Below are positions 51,137 through 63,829 of a DNA stretch of 64,000 bases, piece by piece. Position 1 is the stretch's first letter; each line of letters begins with the position of its first letter. The notes under the pieces are model-generated. The model worked only from the letters and a program-made list of their open reading frames with translations, searched no databases and was not told the DNA's origin. The position numbers and the translations under genes are program-made. Source of the DNA: Octopus bimaculoides (lineage: Eukaryota); assembly GCF_001194135.2 (NCBI RefSeq), contig NC_068991.1, positions 24,493,065 through 24,557,064 on the forward strand, in the 5' to 3' direction.

Positions 51137-51402
51137 TTTGCATGAACAGGCTCCTGTGGATTTGTTACAAACTGGGTTGAATCCCATTCTTTTGTTACAG
51201 TTGCATGGTCCACAAATAGGATATCCCCACCAAGATGCTGGACAAGGCTGAAGTAAGCTTATTTCACAGTAACGACCAAGTTGCAAATGACCGCATTCAC
51301 AAGAGTAAGTAGTTTCGTGAGCAGTAGGACGATGGCATATACCCATGTTTTGACAAGGGTTGAAATTGTCACAGACATCAGTGCAATTGGAACCAATGCG
51401 AC
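51137..51402 (-). CDS. CELSR: CELSR exon: EGF and laminin-EGF start (GRIGSNCTDVCDNFNPCQNMGIC...CPASWWGYPICGPCNCNKRMGFNPVCNKSTGACSCK)
   Basis: aaccag|GT ... AAA|gtttgt; 266 nt, phase 1 to 0. Confidence 0.95.
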
Positions 51403-51614
51403 CTGGTTAGAAAAACAAAAATAATTTACAGCATAGATAGTCGTGTATATAGACTGGAAAAATGTGTAAAATGAAACCCTCCATCTCTATTCTTTTTCTT
51501 GTTGATAGACACAAGTTTATAAATTCAAGCATTAATAAATATATTGCATATCATAAGAGGCAATTAAAAAAGTTGGTGACATTGCCAACACTATCTCAGA
51601 AAAACTGTCTAACC

Positions 51615-51873
51615 CAGAGGTTCTCAACCAGGGTCAATATGACCTTGAGGGACCATTAAAGATTTTATTGTTAAAATTTATGTGAAATAAATTGGTTACA
51701 CTTCTACAATACACAAAGTATTTTAACAACTTTTTAATACAATTTCTAGTAATATTTGATTATAAAAATATATGATTTTTAAACACTGAATGGCTACAGG
51801 GATCCAGTAGAATAAAATAGAATGAGCAGAATCAAAGATGGGACCAGATGCAAAAAATGATTGAGAAACACTG
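51615..51873. mobile_element. hAT-type MITE related to 31700-31948, opposite orientation
   Basis: TIRs CAGAGGTTCTCAAC / ATTGAGAAACACTG; TSD GTCTAACC / GTCTAACT. Confidence 0.85.
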
Positions 51874-52448
51874 GTCTAACTTATACCTGTTTGGAAAAGC
51901 AGGTATAAAACACTGACAATGATTCACATCAGAAGTTATAGGGAAGTGAATGCATTTTTAAAGCAGTGTTTTAAGGTTGAATATCTTTCCTCATATCATC
52001 CACTTTATCATAGTGTTAAAAAAATGCTAAAATAGTACTTCTGAACAATACTGTCTTAAGTCCTAGGACTCACAAAGCCAGTTACCCAGTTTCTATGACC
52101 TGTAAGTGACTGAGACCTCAACAATTCCCCACTGAACAGGACACCAGTCCACCACAGAATGACTCATATACAGCTCAGTGAACTGGAGCAGCATGAAATG
52201 AAGTATTTTTCTCAACAACACAATGCACCATCCAGTTAGGGAATTAAAAGTGCAATCTTGTGATTGAGAGTGCAACATCCTAACCACTAAGCCATACTTC
52301 TACACCTATAAAAAAATGGAAATTATTGAAGTAAAGTGAGTTGCTCAATAATACAATACCAGGGGCAAAAATTGAGCTGAAACCTCAAAAACTATGAATT
52401 TAGAATTTAACTACCAAATTCTTTAAAGAAATATTGATTACATATATA

Positions 52449-52790
52449 GGCACAGGTGTGGCTGTGTGGGAAGAAATTTGCTTCCCAATCACATGGATCT
52501 GAGTTCAGTCCCACTATGTAGCACCTTGTGCAAGTGTCTTCTATTATACACTTGGGCTGACCAAAGTTTTGTGAGTGGATTTGGTGGAGAGAAACTGAAA
52601 GAAACCCATCATATATATATATGTGATTATATATGAATGTTTATGTGCATCTTTGTGTCTGTCTTTGTCCTGCATCACCACCTGATGTGGTGTTGGTTTG
52701 TTTTACTGAAGTCAATTCATTTCACTAAAAATTCTTCAAAGTGGTGCCCCAGAATGGCTGCAGTCTAATGACTGTAACAAGTAAAAGATA
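52449..52790 (+). mobile_element. tRNA-derived SINE family A (diverged)
   Basis: ggcacaggtgtggctgtgtggg...gagttcagtccc...caagtgtcttctatt...aagataaaag. Confidence 0.82.
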
Positions 52791-52811
52791 AAAGTTAAAA
52801 CATTAGTTTAC

Positions 52812-52977
52812 CTGGCAAACACTGACAACGATATTGTCCCCACTCATTTATGCAGGTGTTTGGACGACATGGGTTATCGTGTTGGCATGGATCATCAACT
52901 TTACACCCATGATGAGCTTGGTGTGCTCGTGGATTTGCCAACAATGAGTTTGATAATTTGTTGCCAATACGAAAACT
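52812..52977 (-). CDS. CELSR: CELSR exon: end of LamG2 and EGF (SFRIGNK...GCKVDDPCQHDNPCRPNTCINEWGQYRCQCLP)
   Basis: ttccag|AGT ... CAG|gtaaac; 166 nt, phase 0 to 1. Confidence 0.93.
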
Positions 52978-53009
52978 CTGGAATAAAAAATAGAGAAAAA
53001 TGAAAGGAG

Positions 53010-53046
<37 letters not shown>

Positions 53047-53787
53047 TTTATGCATATTTGTATTTAGCATGGAGAATGCTCCTCCAAGGCATTTCTCTCT
53101 CAGCAATATCATTGATATTCATAATCAGGATTACTACATTCCCTCTAGTTCTGTGTGTATGCATGTGTATGTGTATTGTGCAAGTGTGCATGAACATGCA
53201 TACATGTATGTATGTGTGTATACATATATATACTGAAAGAGAGACAGTGACAGAGAGAGAGAAAAAACTGAAAATATTCAGAAGATGAACATTCATGTAA
53301 AAGCATATAGATATTTGTATATTTACAGAATATTTGTATATGCTCTATATTCATATTTATATCTATATTTATATATGTTTTTGCTGTCATAAGATGCACT
53401 CTTCCAAAAAGTATTGAGTAATCCTACATTTTAAAGTTAAATTATTCTTATACATAAATTCACATAAAAACAAATATTAATATACATATATATAAAGTAT
53501 GCTAAATATGCTAACTGGAGATATATTCATATCAGGTGTATACATGTAGCTTTTACATGTAGTAAAGGTACATGTGTACAGCACACAATATAGTATGTGC
53601 AATTTCGTTTACATATAAAAAGACCTATAATACTATTGAAAAACTTCAACCTGATTTCAGCTTTTAGTTAGAATTATATTACCCGTGTGTTATAGTTATT
53701 CTAACAGACAATTTCTCTTCTCTAACTAATGTACAAATTCAATTTAATGATAAACAATATAGAAGGAAGTTATCTTAAGTTACTCAC

Positions 53788-53901
53788 CCGAATACATCCA
53801 ACAAAATAGTCTGTAAAGGTAGTGCTGTCTTTGGAATGAGCACCAATATAAATTCGAGCTATTTCTTTACCCAGTATATCAGAAGAAATTTTTCCTACTT
53901 C
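53788..53901 (-). CDS. CELSR: CELSR exon: LamG2 (EVGKISSDILGKEIARIYIGAHSKDSTTFTDYFVGCIR)
   Basis: ttgcag|GAA ... CGG|gtgagt; 114 nt, phase 0 to 0. Confidence 0.92.
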
Positions 53902-53961
53902 CTGCAAAACAAACAAAAGATAAAGAGGAGGATGTTATAATCTATAACATCAAAGATATGA

Positions 53962-54007
<46 letters not shown>

Positions 54008-54044
54008 GATGGTGGTAGAGAGCTTGATGGGGTGATGATTGATT

Positions 54045-54310
54045 GATTGATGTAGCCATGCCACATGTGAATATTGCAAAAAGGTTGACAAAAAAATCAC
54101 TAAGTATTCCGAACTGAAAGTGGAAATGGCAAGACTGGAATGCAAGAGGGTAACGTAGAAGTGGTACCAGTTGTGATCAGGATATTAGGACCAATCCCAT
54201 TGAAACTTCAAGGCTTAAAGCAATTAGGAATACCATGCAAGATTGGTGACATACAAAAATCAGCTTTGCTCAGGACTGCACACACTTTAAGGAAAGTATT
54301 ATCTATTTGA
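54045..54310 (+). mobile_element. 3' end of an R4/NeSL-type non-LTR retroelement (restriction-like endonuclease domain)
   Basis: LIDVAMPH.NIAKKVDKKITKYSELKVEMARL..VEVVPVVI.ILGPIP..LGIP..IQKSALL.TAHTLRKVLSI*. Confidence 0.75.
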
Positions 54311-55512
54311 GGTCCTTATTATGACTTGACAGATGACTAAGTACTCCAGTGCACTTTCCATCTACACTGTGTGGAGTAGTAGTAGTAGTAGTAGTGCCAG
54401 CTTGCCACCTCAACAACAACAACGTCAGTGTTTCAATTTCTACTTTGCCATGCTTGTATGGGTCAGGCAAGAGTATATTGGAGCAGAGTTTTCTACAATT
54501 GGATGCCATTCTGATACCAGCCAACATGTTTCCAAGTAAGGTAATAATTTTCCAATCTACTGAACAATAAGTAGACTGGACATGATTACGTGGAGTGCTG
54601 GAAACGAACAACACCATGTGAATGAGCTTTTTGTTTACAAAGATTGCAGAGCATGTCAAGCTATGTCAAGAAATCCAGATATGGTTTTGCAGTGGACTGC
54701 AAATGAACGCCATAGTTAGTGAGTCACTGTTTACAACCAGTGAACACACTTGAAGATGAAAGCAATAATACCAACTCCCCCATATAAACACACACATGTA
54801 TACATACACTCACACAAACATATATATATATATATATATATACACACTCTGTAAATAATAACAATAATATTGGATATGTGTGCTACTATTTACATTCCAA
54901 TGGAAAAATGTAGGGTTTGCCATATGCATGGGAACTGAACCCAAACCACTATGTATTCGCGACAAGTGTGCCATCATTTACACTTACGTACACCCTGACT
55001 GTTCCTGTCAAATTTAAGAACTATAATTTCATAGTGTTGTCTTTTTTGTAAACAAACTTTCCACATGCGTTTTCTGTGATTATTTGGTAAGATTTGCCAA
55101 ATTTTACAATCTCTAGATAACAATAATAATATTTTATAAGCTTAAAGCTTATAAACGATCACTGTGCATTGACAAAGGTAAATAGTCTAATATTGTGGCA
55201 TATAAGCTTTCGATGGAAAAAAGTAGGGTTAGCCGTACGCACACATATACACAACAGGCTTCTTTCAGTTTCTGTCCACCAACCACTCACAAAGCTTTCA
55301 TTGGCCAAGGGTTATCATAGAAGACATTTGTTTAAGTTACTATACAATAGGGCTGAATTTGAAACCACATAGTTGGGAAGTGAACTCCCTAATCACATAG
55401 CCATGCATGCATTTATCATATATTATTATATTATTTGAATAATAATATAATAGTTATTATTATTTATTATTTATTATTATTATTATTATTACTATTTTAT
55501 TACTATTATTAT

Positions 55513-55550
<38 letters not shown>

Positions 55551-56635
55551 CATTATTACTCGAGGCTTTGTGTGGTTAAAGATGTGGATGGTCACAATTT
55601 GATATCCTGACATTCTGTAGTCTATAAGGAAAATACATTACACTACTTGCTTTGCTTTAACTTAACTGAAAGCAGGCAATACTTTCACTAAATGGTTGAG
55701 TGATTAATGAAAGAAAGAACATACAGCTGTAAAAACATTCTTTCCAAAATGCAGTTAAATATTTAGAAAATTAAACTATCCTGGCCATTCCAGCATAGAA
55801 AAACGAATATAAAGAGTTATTTAAAAAGATTATAATTCTTTCAGATGTTTTACTGAAGACAAGAGACTGGGTTGAAATGAAATTGTTTCTATATCTTTGT
55901 TATTCATAATTACTTTTACATGATATATGTTTACATGTTTTTCACTCTCTGTCAGAAAAGATGAGATTATTCTACCATGAAATGTGCAAACTATTAAAGA
56001 AATAAGTGAGTGGATAGGGTTTTTCATTCCAAAGAAAGAAGAGCCCCATAAACTGGTAAAGGGATTTATCTTCATAGTTGAGATTAGTACAAACAATATA
56101 TACTTTGAATTCTTGGATAAATAATTGGTAGAAAGATGAAAGCTGAAGTAAGACATCAGAAATCAGAGTCTTGAAAATAAAACCCAGAAGAAATGCTGAA
56201 AAGAAAGCTCCAGCCAAACAATGGTGACATTACAGTACATAGAGCCATAAAAGCTAAAATACAAGATTAGAAAGTCTGGAAGAATGTAGGGAACTAGACA
56301 TTAAGAAACTAGAAGAGAAAGCAAATGATAGGTCCTCCATGTTATAAATTTGTATCTCCTCCCTTCCATTAACATTAAACTGTGATAACAAATTTATATA
56401 TATTCTCAACTATATTGACAAAGACAAACAGAATAGTGTGTCTTCATATGTCACCAAAAAGGTATTCCCAGTATCAGAATATTACTTCATTTATTATATC
56501 AAGTGTTTGAATTTGATAGACATGATCTAACAAGGATTGTTTGAGCATGCTGACATGGTTGGTAGTAATTAAATGGTTATACTGGAACTGAATGACTATG
56601 CAATACATATTGAAAAAAGGATAGATATAACTTAC

Positions 56636-56785
56636 CATAGTATCATTGATATAATCTACAGTAATACTAAGTTCTTCTTGGTACCAGCTTGTTTGTACAT
56701 AATGCCATTTACCATCATCGACTGGATTGTGTTGGTATACAATGCTATGGTGTTGAAACTTATAAGTCACAAAACCATCCTTCAA
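56636..56785 (-). CDS. CELSR: CELSR exon: LamG2 (LKDGFVTYKFQHHSIVYQHNPVDDGKWHYVQTSWYQEELSITVDYINDTM)
   Basis: ttgcag|TTG ... ATG|gtaagt; 150 nt, phase 0 to 0; LamG DGKWH motif. Confidence 0.93.
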
Positions 56786-57091
56786 CTGCAATAAAAAAAT
56801 TCAGAACATCAACTGTTAGTTACTTGGCAGCAAACATGAGATCCAAACAAACAATAAATTTCTTGGTTATTTAACTTGTGATTGCAATATATATAAATCT
56901 CGAATATAACCAGCCGAAATTGCAAAGATAATTTGTAACTCAACTGAGGAAAGAAAACTTCGAATGACCTGTCTGTGTTTTTTCTTGTCCCTTTTTTGTA
57001 TCATCTGTCTGGATGTTTTGTTGTCCCCTTTTTTGTATTCCTTTTTATATGCATATTGCAGCATACATACACTTTGGTCTCTTATATGTAA

Positions 57092-57128
<37 letters not shown>

Positions 57129-57358
57129 NNNNNNNNNNNNNNNNNNNNNNNNNNNNNNNNNNNNNNNNNNNNNNNNNNNNNNNNNNNNNNNNNNNNNNNN
57201 NNNNNNNNNNNNNNNNNNNNNNNNNNNNNNNNNNNNNNNNNNNNNNNNNNNNNNNNNNNNNNNNNNNNNNNNNNNNNNNNNNNNNNNNNNNNNNNNNNNN
57301 NNNNNNNNNNNNNNNNNNNNNNNNNNNNNNNNNNNNNNNNNNNNNNNNNNNNNNNNNN

Positions 57359-57409
57359 GTATACAATGCTATGGTGTTGAAACTTATAAGTCACAAAACC
57401 ATCCTTCAA
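57359..57409 (-). CDS. CELSR: Second, partial copy of the LamG2 exon (LKDGFVTYKFQHHSIVY), cut off by an N-gap
   Basis: Identical to 56735-56785 including the acceptor; may be an assembly or haplotype duplicate. Confidence 0.35.
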
Positions 57410-58704
57410 CTGCAATAAAAAAATTCAGAACATCAACTGTTAGTTACTTGGCAGCAAACATGAGATCCAAACAAACAATAAATTTCTTGGTTATTTAACT
57501 TGTGATTGCAATATATATAAATCTCGAATATAACCAGCCGAAATTGCAAAGATAATTTGTAACTCAACTGAGGAAAGAAAACTTCGAATGACCTGTCTGT
57601 GTTTTTTCTTGTCCCTTTTTTGTATCATCTGTCTGGATATTTTGTTGTCCCTTTTTTGTATCATCTAGCTGTCTGGATGTTTTGCATTCTTGTCCCATTT
57701 TTTGCATTCCTTTATATATATTCTTACTCACATTCAAAATACCACAGCACCTAAAGGAAATATGCTAATTTAACAGCTAAATTGTTTCTCAAATCTTTTT
57801 TCTGTGTTTTAGGGGACTAGTATCATAGATTTTATTTCATTATAAACTTGAAAAGTAGCCAAACAATAAGGTTCATTATACTTTATATTTGTTTCAAATT
57901 TTAGCACAAGGTCAGTAATTTCAGGGAACAAAGTAAGTCAATCACATTAACCCCAGTTCTCAACTGGTACTTATTTTATTGACCCTGAAAGGATGAAAGC
58001 CAAAGCTGACTTTGTAGAGAAAATTGAACTCAGAATGTGAAGACAGACAAAATGCCGCTAAACATTTTGCGCAGCATGCTAACAATTCTGCCAGCTTGCC
58101 AACTTGCCAACTTCCACTGCTTTTCATATTAAACCATCTAAAATCACACAGACACTAATAAATTCAGTTTCCATTTTTTCCACGTCGTGTTGAAATTTTC
58201 ATCACTTCACTGCAATCTAGACATTTACACAATCCTACTGTGACTATGTGTGTATGTGTGTGAGAGAAAGAGAGAGGTGAGGAGAGGGAGAGAAAGAGAG
58301 AGAGAAAAAGAGAGAGAGAAAGGAAGAGAGAGAGAAAGAGAGAGAGAGAAAGNNNNNNNNNNAGAGAGAGAGAGAGAGAGAGAGAAAGAGACAGAGTGTA
58401 TGTGCAAAATTCATTTTCACTGGGAGTTTAAGGTTTACCTTATGATTTATTAAACAGGTTGAACAAGCTGTCATGTGTGACTTAAAGTCTCAGTCAAAAC
58501 TTATTTCAAATATATTTGACTCTACTTTCACTATTGAGCCCCTCCATCAGTAAATATTCAGTTGTTATTCTAAAATTAGTTTTTAAATAATAAACTTAAA
58601 TTAGTACACACATACACAACATACATACTGTGATTATACTGCAGTTTAGAATATATATGCACATACTTCTGTACACGCATGTGTATGTGTGTGTGGTGTC
58701 TGTA

Positions 58705-58752
<48 letters not shown>

Positions 58753-58765
58753 AGTATATACATAC

Positions 58766-58932
58766 CATGAGAAGAGCTTCTTCTTGACCAATAATTAAAT
58801 TAAGTAGAACAGCATCTTTTGCACGAGTCCGGAAAGAGATACCATTATACCAGGGGAATGCAATCTGATCCAGGTTGGGGTTATCGAAAGCCAAATAGCC
58901 ATCGCCTTCAAGCTGATAGAATTGATCGAGTA
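58766..58932 (-). CDS. CELSR: CELSR exon: LamG2 start (LLDQFYQLEGDGYLAF...WYNGISFRTRAKDAVLLNLIIGQEEALLM)
   Basis: tgtcag|TA ... ATG|gtatgt; 167 nt, phase 1 to 0. Confidence 0.92.
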
Positions 58933-61075
58933 CTGACAAGGAAAACAATAGTAAACAATTAAACATAGAAAAGAGAGAATAGAAACTCATCCAAGAAAGA
59001 ATGAACAAGAGTACAAGTAAGAAAGATCATTTTTTCTTTGTTGATTTTTCTCAGGAGGAAAAGTAGTGCCCATGACCTGTTACAGAGCCTCTGAGACTTC
59101 TGGAAAGGAAGAAAGAAGATATTCTTAAACTGGAATGCTGGCAACAGAATGGACTCTGCTAAAAGCATCCATGCAATAGTTTAACACTACCACTATCTGG
59201 AGGTCTTTAAGTCTATCCTCCAAGTTGGCAATGGCAGGATCTGAAATCAGAATGTAAAGAGCTGGAACAGAAACCATAAAGCATCCAGTCTGGTGTTCTT
59301 ACAGTTCCACTAATCCAATGCTCTGTATTGGTACTTTTTAATCAACATCCAAAAGGATGAAAGGGATTTGAACTCAGAGCATAGAGTTGGGATAAATGTC
59401 ATAAAGTCTTCTATCCAATACTTTAATGAGACAGCCAATGCTGCTAGTAAGGACTATACTTCACTGAAGTAGACTAATCAAACTTTAAAGCTGGGTTTGT
59501 ATTGCTAAAATCAGACTCACTTCAAACATTTTATTTTTAATTAATTTTAATTATTTCAGATTTTGGAGGCAACTCCCTGCTTTTTTTTTTTTTTTTACTA
59601 GAACTGATCATTATTCTAATGATTGTCTCTCCTTGTGACAGGAATAATTTTAATTAAAAATTTTTGACTCACAACATTACATATATTAGCATCAACCTTG
59701 CTATTATGTTTTCATGAAGAATGTGTCCTGGATATTTCTTTTTCTCTTCCCTATAATAAAATCTAATATTCTAACAAGGTCACAAATTTAGGGAAGTGGT
59801 TAGTCAATTCAACCTAATTCCATCAAAATTTCATGATAATTTATGTTCCAAACACCAGCTTAATAATGACACAATTACTTTACTAAATTCTTCCTTATTT
59901 CCCAATTTAAGTGAAACAAAGACTGTTTTTCAACAGAAATTATGCAACAAAACAGCTAATCGTTTATATGCAATAATAATAATAATAAATTAAACAGGAT
60001 AATTTCTATATGCTGTCTCCAACCACAAGTTTCTTGAGCTATAATGATTTATGGAATCATTTCCTTGATTGTGTAACTTCAGACAGATAACAGGCGCTTC
60101 TTGCAATTGTGTAATGGTTAATTTATATGAGGTTATTTTTGCTAAGAAACTAATATCATTCTCTGTTGGGTAGACAGGGAAAAGCAGAATTAAGTGCATT
60201 TTAGTACATTCTTTAATCTTTCTTATTTATCAGAAAAAGGATGGCTTGAAGGAAAAAGCATATGATAATAATGACCTGATATTTTTAATATTGCCTATTC
60301 ATATTGATTACATTTTGTAGTTGGTATGAACTGTTGCAATAATATCTTGCATTGAATTTTTGTTTTACATCTGTTACCTTCTGCTTACATGGTAAATAAG
60401 ATAAGATTATAAATTTTAACAAGGATAGCTGTGAGGAGCACACATAACTGTGTGGTTAAAAGTTTATTTCTTAACCACATGTTTTGGATTCAATCCCACT
60501 GTATGGCATCTTGTGAGTACATCTGATACACAGAAACCATTGTATACATATGTATATGAATGGGTGTCGATGTGTGTGTTTGTGTCTCCTTGTCTTGACA
60601 TTATGTGATAGTATATGCATCACTGTCATTCAAATGATGTCCTTTGTTTCCAATCCAATCTTCTGTGGAAATATATTTGGCCATGGAGAACTATAACCTT
60701 ACTTGCAAATAGGTGAGGTTTAGTGAGAGGAAGGGCATCCAGCTGTAGAAAATTTGCTTCAATGAATTTCGTCCAACTCATGCAGGCATGGAAAAATGAA
60801 CATGAAGATGATGATTACAATGATGTATGTATTCTTTCAGCAAGGCCTTTATTGCTAGACTTTCTTCATCATGCTAACCACATTAAGTACTTTAGAAGTA
60901 GTAGTTAGTAACCAAATTGCAAGAATGGATTGAGTTAATTAAAATGCCTTGGTAAAAGTGGTTATTTGAGCACAAACTCCTCACACAATTATGTTTTTAA
61001 GATATACAGACCTCCCAACTTACTTAAATTTTAAATTATATCTATCTTTCCCTTTCAACAGTCACATATACTTAC

Positions 61076-61150
61076 AGTCTTCACATGTTTTTCCAGCAGT
61101 TCCTGGTAAGCATTCACAATGGAAGGTATCCCATGAATCAGAGCAAGTTC
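61076..61150 (-). CDS. CELSR: CELSR exon: EGF (GTCSDSWDTFHCECLPGTAGKTCED)
   Basis: ttgcag|GA ... ACT|gtaagt; 75 nt, phase 1 to 1; not in the ORF track. Confidence 0.93.
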
Positions 61151-62216
61151 CTGCAATTTAATGGCTTAAAATTAGTTGTTTAAAAAAGATATACAATATT
61201 AAAAGCAAGCAATACATACACACATGTGCACACATACTTTTTGAAATGATAAAAATGGAAATAGTAATCTTACTTTTAGATTAATAATCAACATGGCATT
61301 CACAACTAAAGTTGCTAAGAACACTCTAAGTAATTTTGAATATTTACTTAATATACTTTTATTCATTTTTTGTTAAATTATTCAAAACCAAAATAGTAAA
61401 AGAATTCTTTACAATTGTTCTCTTGTTAAAAGAAAAAGAATGAAATAGATTTCTTAAAATAAGTAAATTACTTGCAATTAAAAATTGAGACAAGAACTAT
61501 TATTATTTTATATAAGAATGTTTTGATACCAACATACAGTTGAATGTAATAGCTAATTATTTGACTAAATTCCTCCAAATACTTAATTGTTTCAGAACCA
61601 ATGGAAACATATTGACAGTGTGCTGCATATAGCCAAGAAAGGTTAAACTCCAATTTAAATACTGAAATCATATTTTATCAAAGAAAAAAGTTGAAATAAT
61701 AATAAATATAGGCACAGGAGTGGCCGTGCGGTAGGATGCTTGCTTCCCAGCCACATGGTTCCAGGTTCAATCTCACTGCATGGCACCTTGGGCAAGTGTC
61801 TTCTGCTATAGCCTCAGGCCAAACAAAGCCTTGCAAGTGGATTTGGTAGACAGGAACTGAAGGAANNNNNNNNNNNNNNNNNNNNNNNNNNNNNNNNNNN
61901 NNNNNNNNNNNNNNNNNNNNNNNNNNNNNNNNNNNNNNNNNNNNNNNNNNNNNNNNNNNNNNNNNNNNNNNNNNNNNNNNNNNNNNNNNNNNNNNNNNNN
62001 NNNNNNNNNNNNNNNNNNNNNNNNTGACAAATGGTGTTGATTTTTTCTTAGCAGTTTAGCAAAAGAGACTGATAGAATAAAAATTAGCTCTGGGGTCAAT
62101 TCATTTGACTAAAACCCTTCAAGGCATTACTCTATCATGGCTGCAGTCCAGTAAAAGGTAAAAGAAAAGTACAAATTTACAGCAGAGAATTATAGAACAT
62201 ATTTCAAAGAACAAAC

Positions 62217-62461
62217 CTCCATGGTTGCAGGGAGATGAAAGGCAAAAATCTTTCTTTGGTTCGCAACCAGGCTGGGTATCCTTTTCAGCAACAGATGTGT
62301 TTAAGTCAAGTAAAACATTGTCAATATGAAAGTCCTTGATACAACCAACAAAATCTTTATTTTTGATTGGAAATGAAGAAGGCAGATGAGGAAGGCCTCC
62401 AATCTGAAGTGGTCCTGTTAAATCTAACAGCCGATAACAAATTACAGCCATACGGGCGCAT
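62217..62461 (-). CDS. CELSR: CELSR exon: end of LamG1 and start of EGF (CARMAVICYRLLDLTGPLQIGGLP...CLSSPCNHG)
   Basis: Acceptor ttatag|A at 62461, donor GAG|gtttgt at 62217; 245 nt, phase 2 to 1. Confidence 0.93.
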
Positions 62462-62585
62462 CTATAAGTAAATAAATAAAAAATGAAAAATAGATTAATA
62501 ACTTATATGAGAATGACAATTTAATTACAGAACATAATAGACAATAAAATTTCAAAGCTATTATGTACATAGTTTTTTTTTTAGA

Positions 62586-62988
62586 GGCGTAGGAGTGGCT
62601 GTGTGGTAAGTAGCTTGCTTACCAATCACATGATTCTGGGTTCAGTCCCACTGCGTGGCATCTTGGGCAAGTGTCTTCTACTATAGCCTCGGGCCGACCA
62701 AAGCCTTGTGAGTGGATTTGGTAGAGGGAAACTGAAAAAAGCCCGTTGTATATATGTATATATATGTGTGTGTGTGTGTGTGTCGGTGTTTGTCCCCCCT
62801 AGCATTGCTTGACAACCGATGCTGGTGTGTTTATGTCCCCATAACTTAGCGGTTCAGCAAAAGAGACCGATAAAGTAAGTACTAGGCTTACAAAGAATAA
62901 GTCCCAGGGTCGATTTGCTCGACTAAAGGCGGTGCTCCAGCATGGCTGCAGTCAAATGACTGAAACAAGTAAAAGAGTGAAAGAGTAA
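62586..62988 (+). mobile_element. Full-length tRNA-derived SINE family A (a second, gapped copy at 61711-62160)
   Basis: A box TGGCTGTGTGG, B-box-like GGTTCAGTCCC, internal (TA)/(TG)n, tail gaaacaagtaaaagagtgaaagagtaa. Confidence 0.9.
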
Positions 62989-63273
62989 TGTTTCAATTAA
63001 ACTTTCCCTGAAAGTACAGCGAATTTTTAAAATATGTACAAATATGACAAAAATATGGACAAATATAGACAATGTAATTTGTGAGTGCATGAAGGGGTAT
63101 GTGGCACAGAAATTCACTTCACAACCATTTGATTCTAGCTTCAATACCACTACACTGAGGACAGGGCTAATGTCTTTCACTATAACTTCAGGCTGATCAA
63201 TGTCTTGCTCATAGATGCTATACAAAAGAACATTGTGTGTGTGTGTGCAAGCATTTAAATACATACATGCATA

Positions 63274-63324
<51 letters not shown>

Positions 63325-63472
63325 CATATTTTTCTTACAAATTCATAACAGAAGAGAATTATAGTAAACTGAAACTATCCTTGTGCACGATTGGCATATA
63401 TTTATGACACCAATGACATAAAACTCAAACTTCAATCCATTAAGATTTGAATTCAGAATGTGTGTGATTGTA

Positions 63473-63503
<31 letters not shown>

Positions 63504-63829
63504 GTGTGTGTGTGAGAGAGAGAGAGAACCAAGATAGCTGACTTGGCATATCACTCCAGCTGCGACTGAATAATTGTGTAGCTATTTGCATGAAATGACT
63601 GGTATCATATTAACAACTCTCTACTATTAAAAGAAATAATTCATCTACCCATGTAGTGTTGATCATTCATTCTTTGTATGTTACTAACAACATACATACA
63701 CATGGACACACGCATACCTATGTAGAGGCATATGGCTTAGTTTACAACTATGACACAATACACACACACACACACACACAGATAGATGTGGTTGGGAAGC
63801 AAACTTCTCAACCACACAGACATGCCTGT

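Larger units (their letters stand above)
3393..62461 (-). other. CELSR: Flamingo/CELSR (cadherin EGF LAG seven-pass G-type receptor) gene, 3' portion; 27 exons reconstructed, 5' exons outside the window
   Basis: Manual splicing of 27 GT-AG exons with compatible phases gives one open frame with domain order LamG-EGF-LamG-EGF-EGF-LamEGF-HRM-GAIN-GPS-7TM-tail. Diagnostic motifs: CYRLLDLTGPLQIGGLP, CPASWWGYPICGPCNC, HIYRMLTEIRDINTGSMKFYY, DSDSDSDDSDEHASLELASSHSSD. Confidence 0.96.

Noticed and set aside
63000-63225. Possible upstream LamG1 exon (IYEQDIDQPEVIVKDISPVLSVVVLKLESNGCEV...)
   Set aside because: It does not resemble the expected CELSR LamG1 segment and has no phase 2 donor to match 62461; the preceding exon is probably outside the window.
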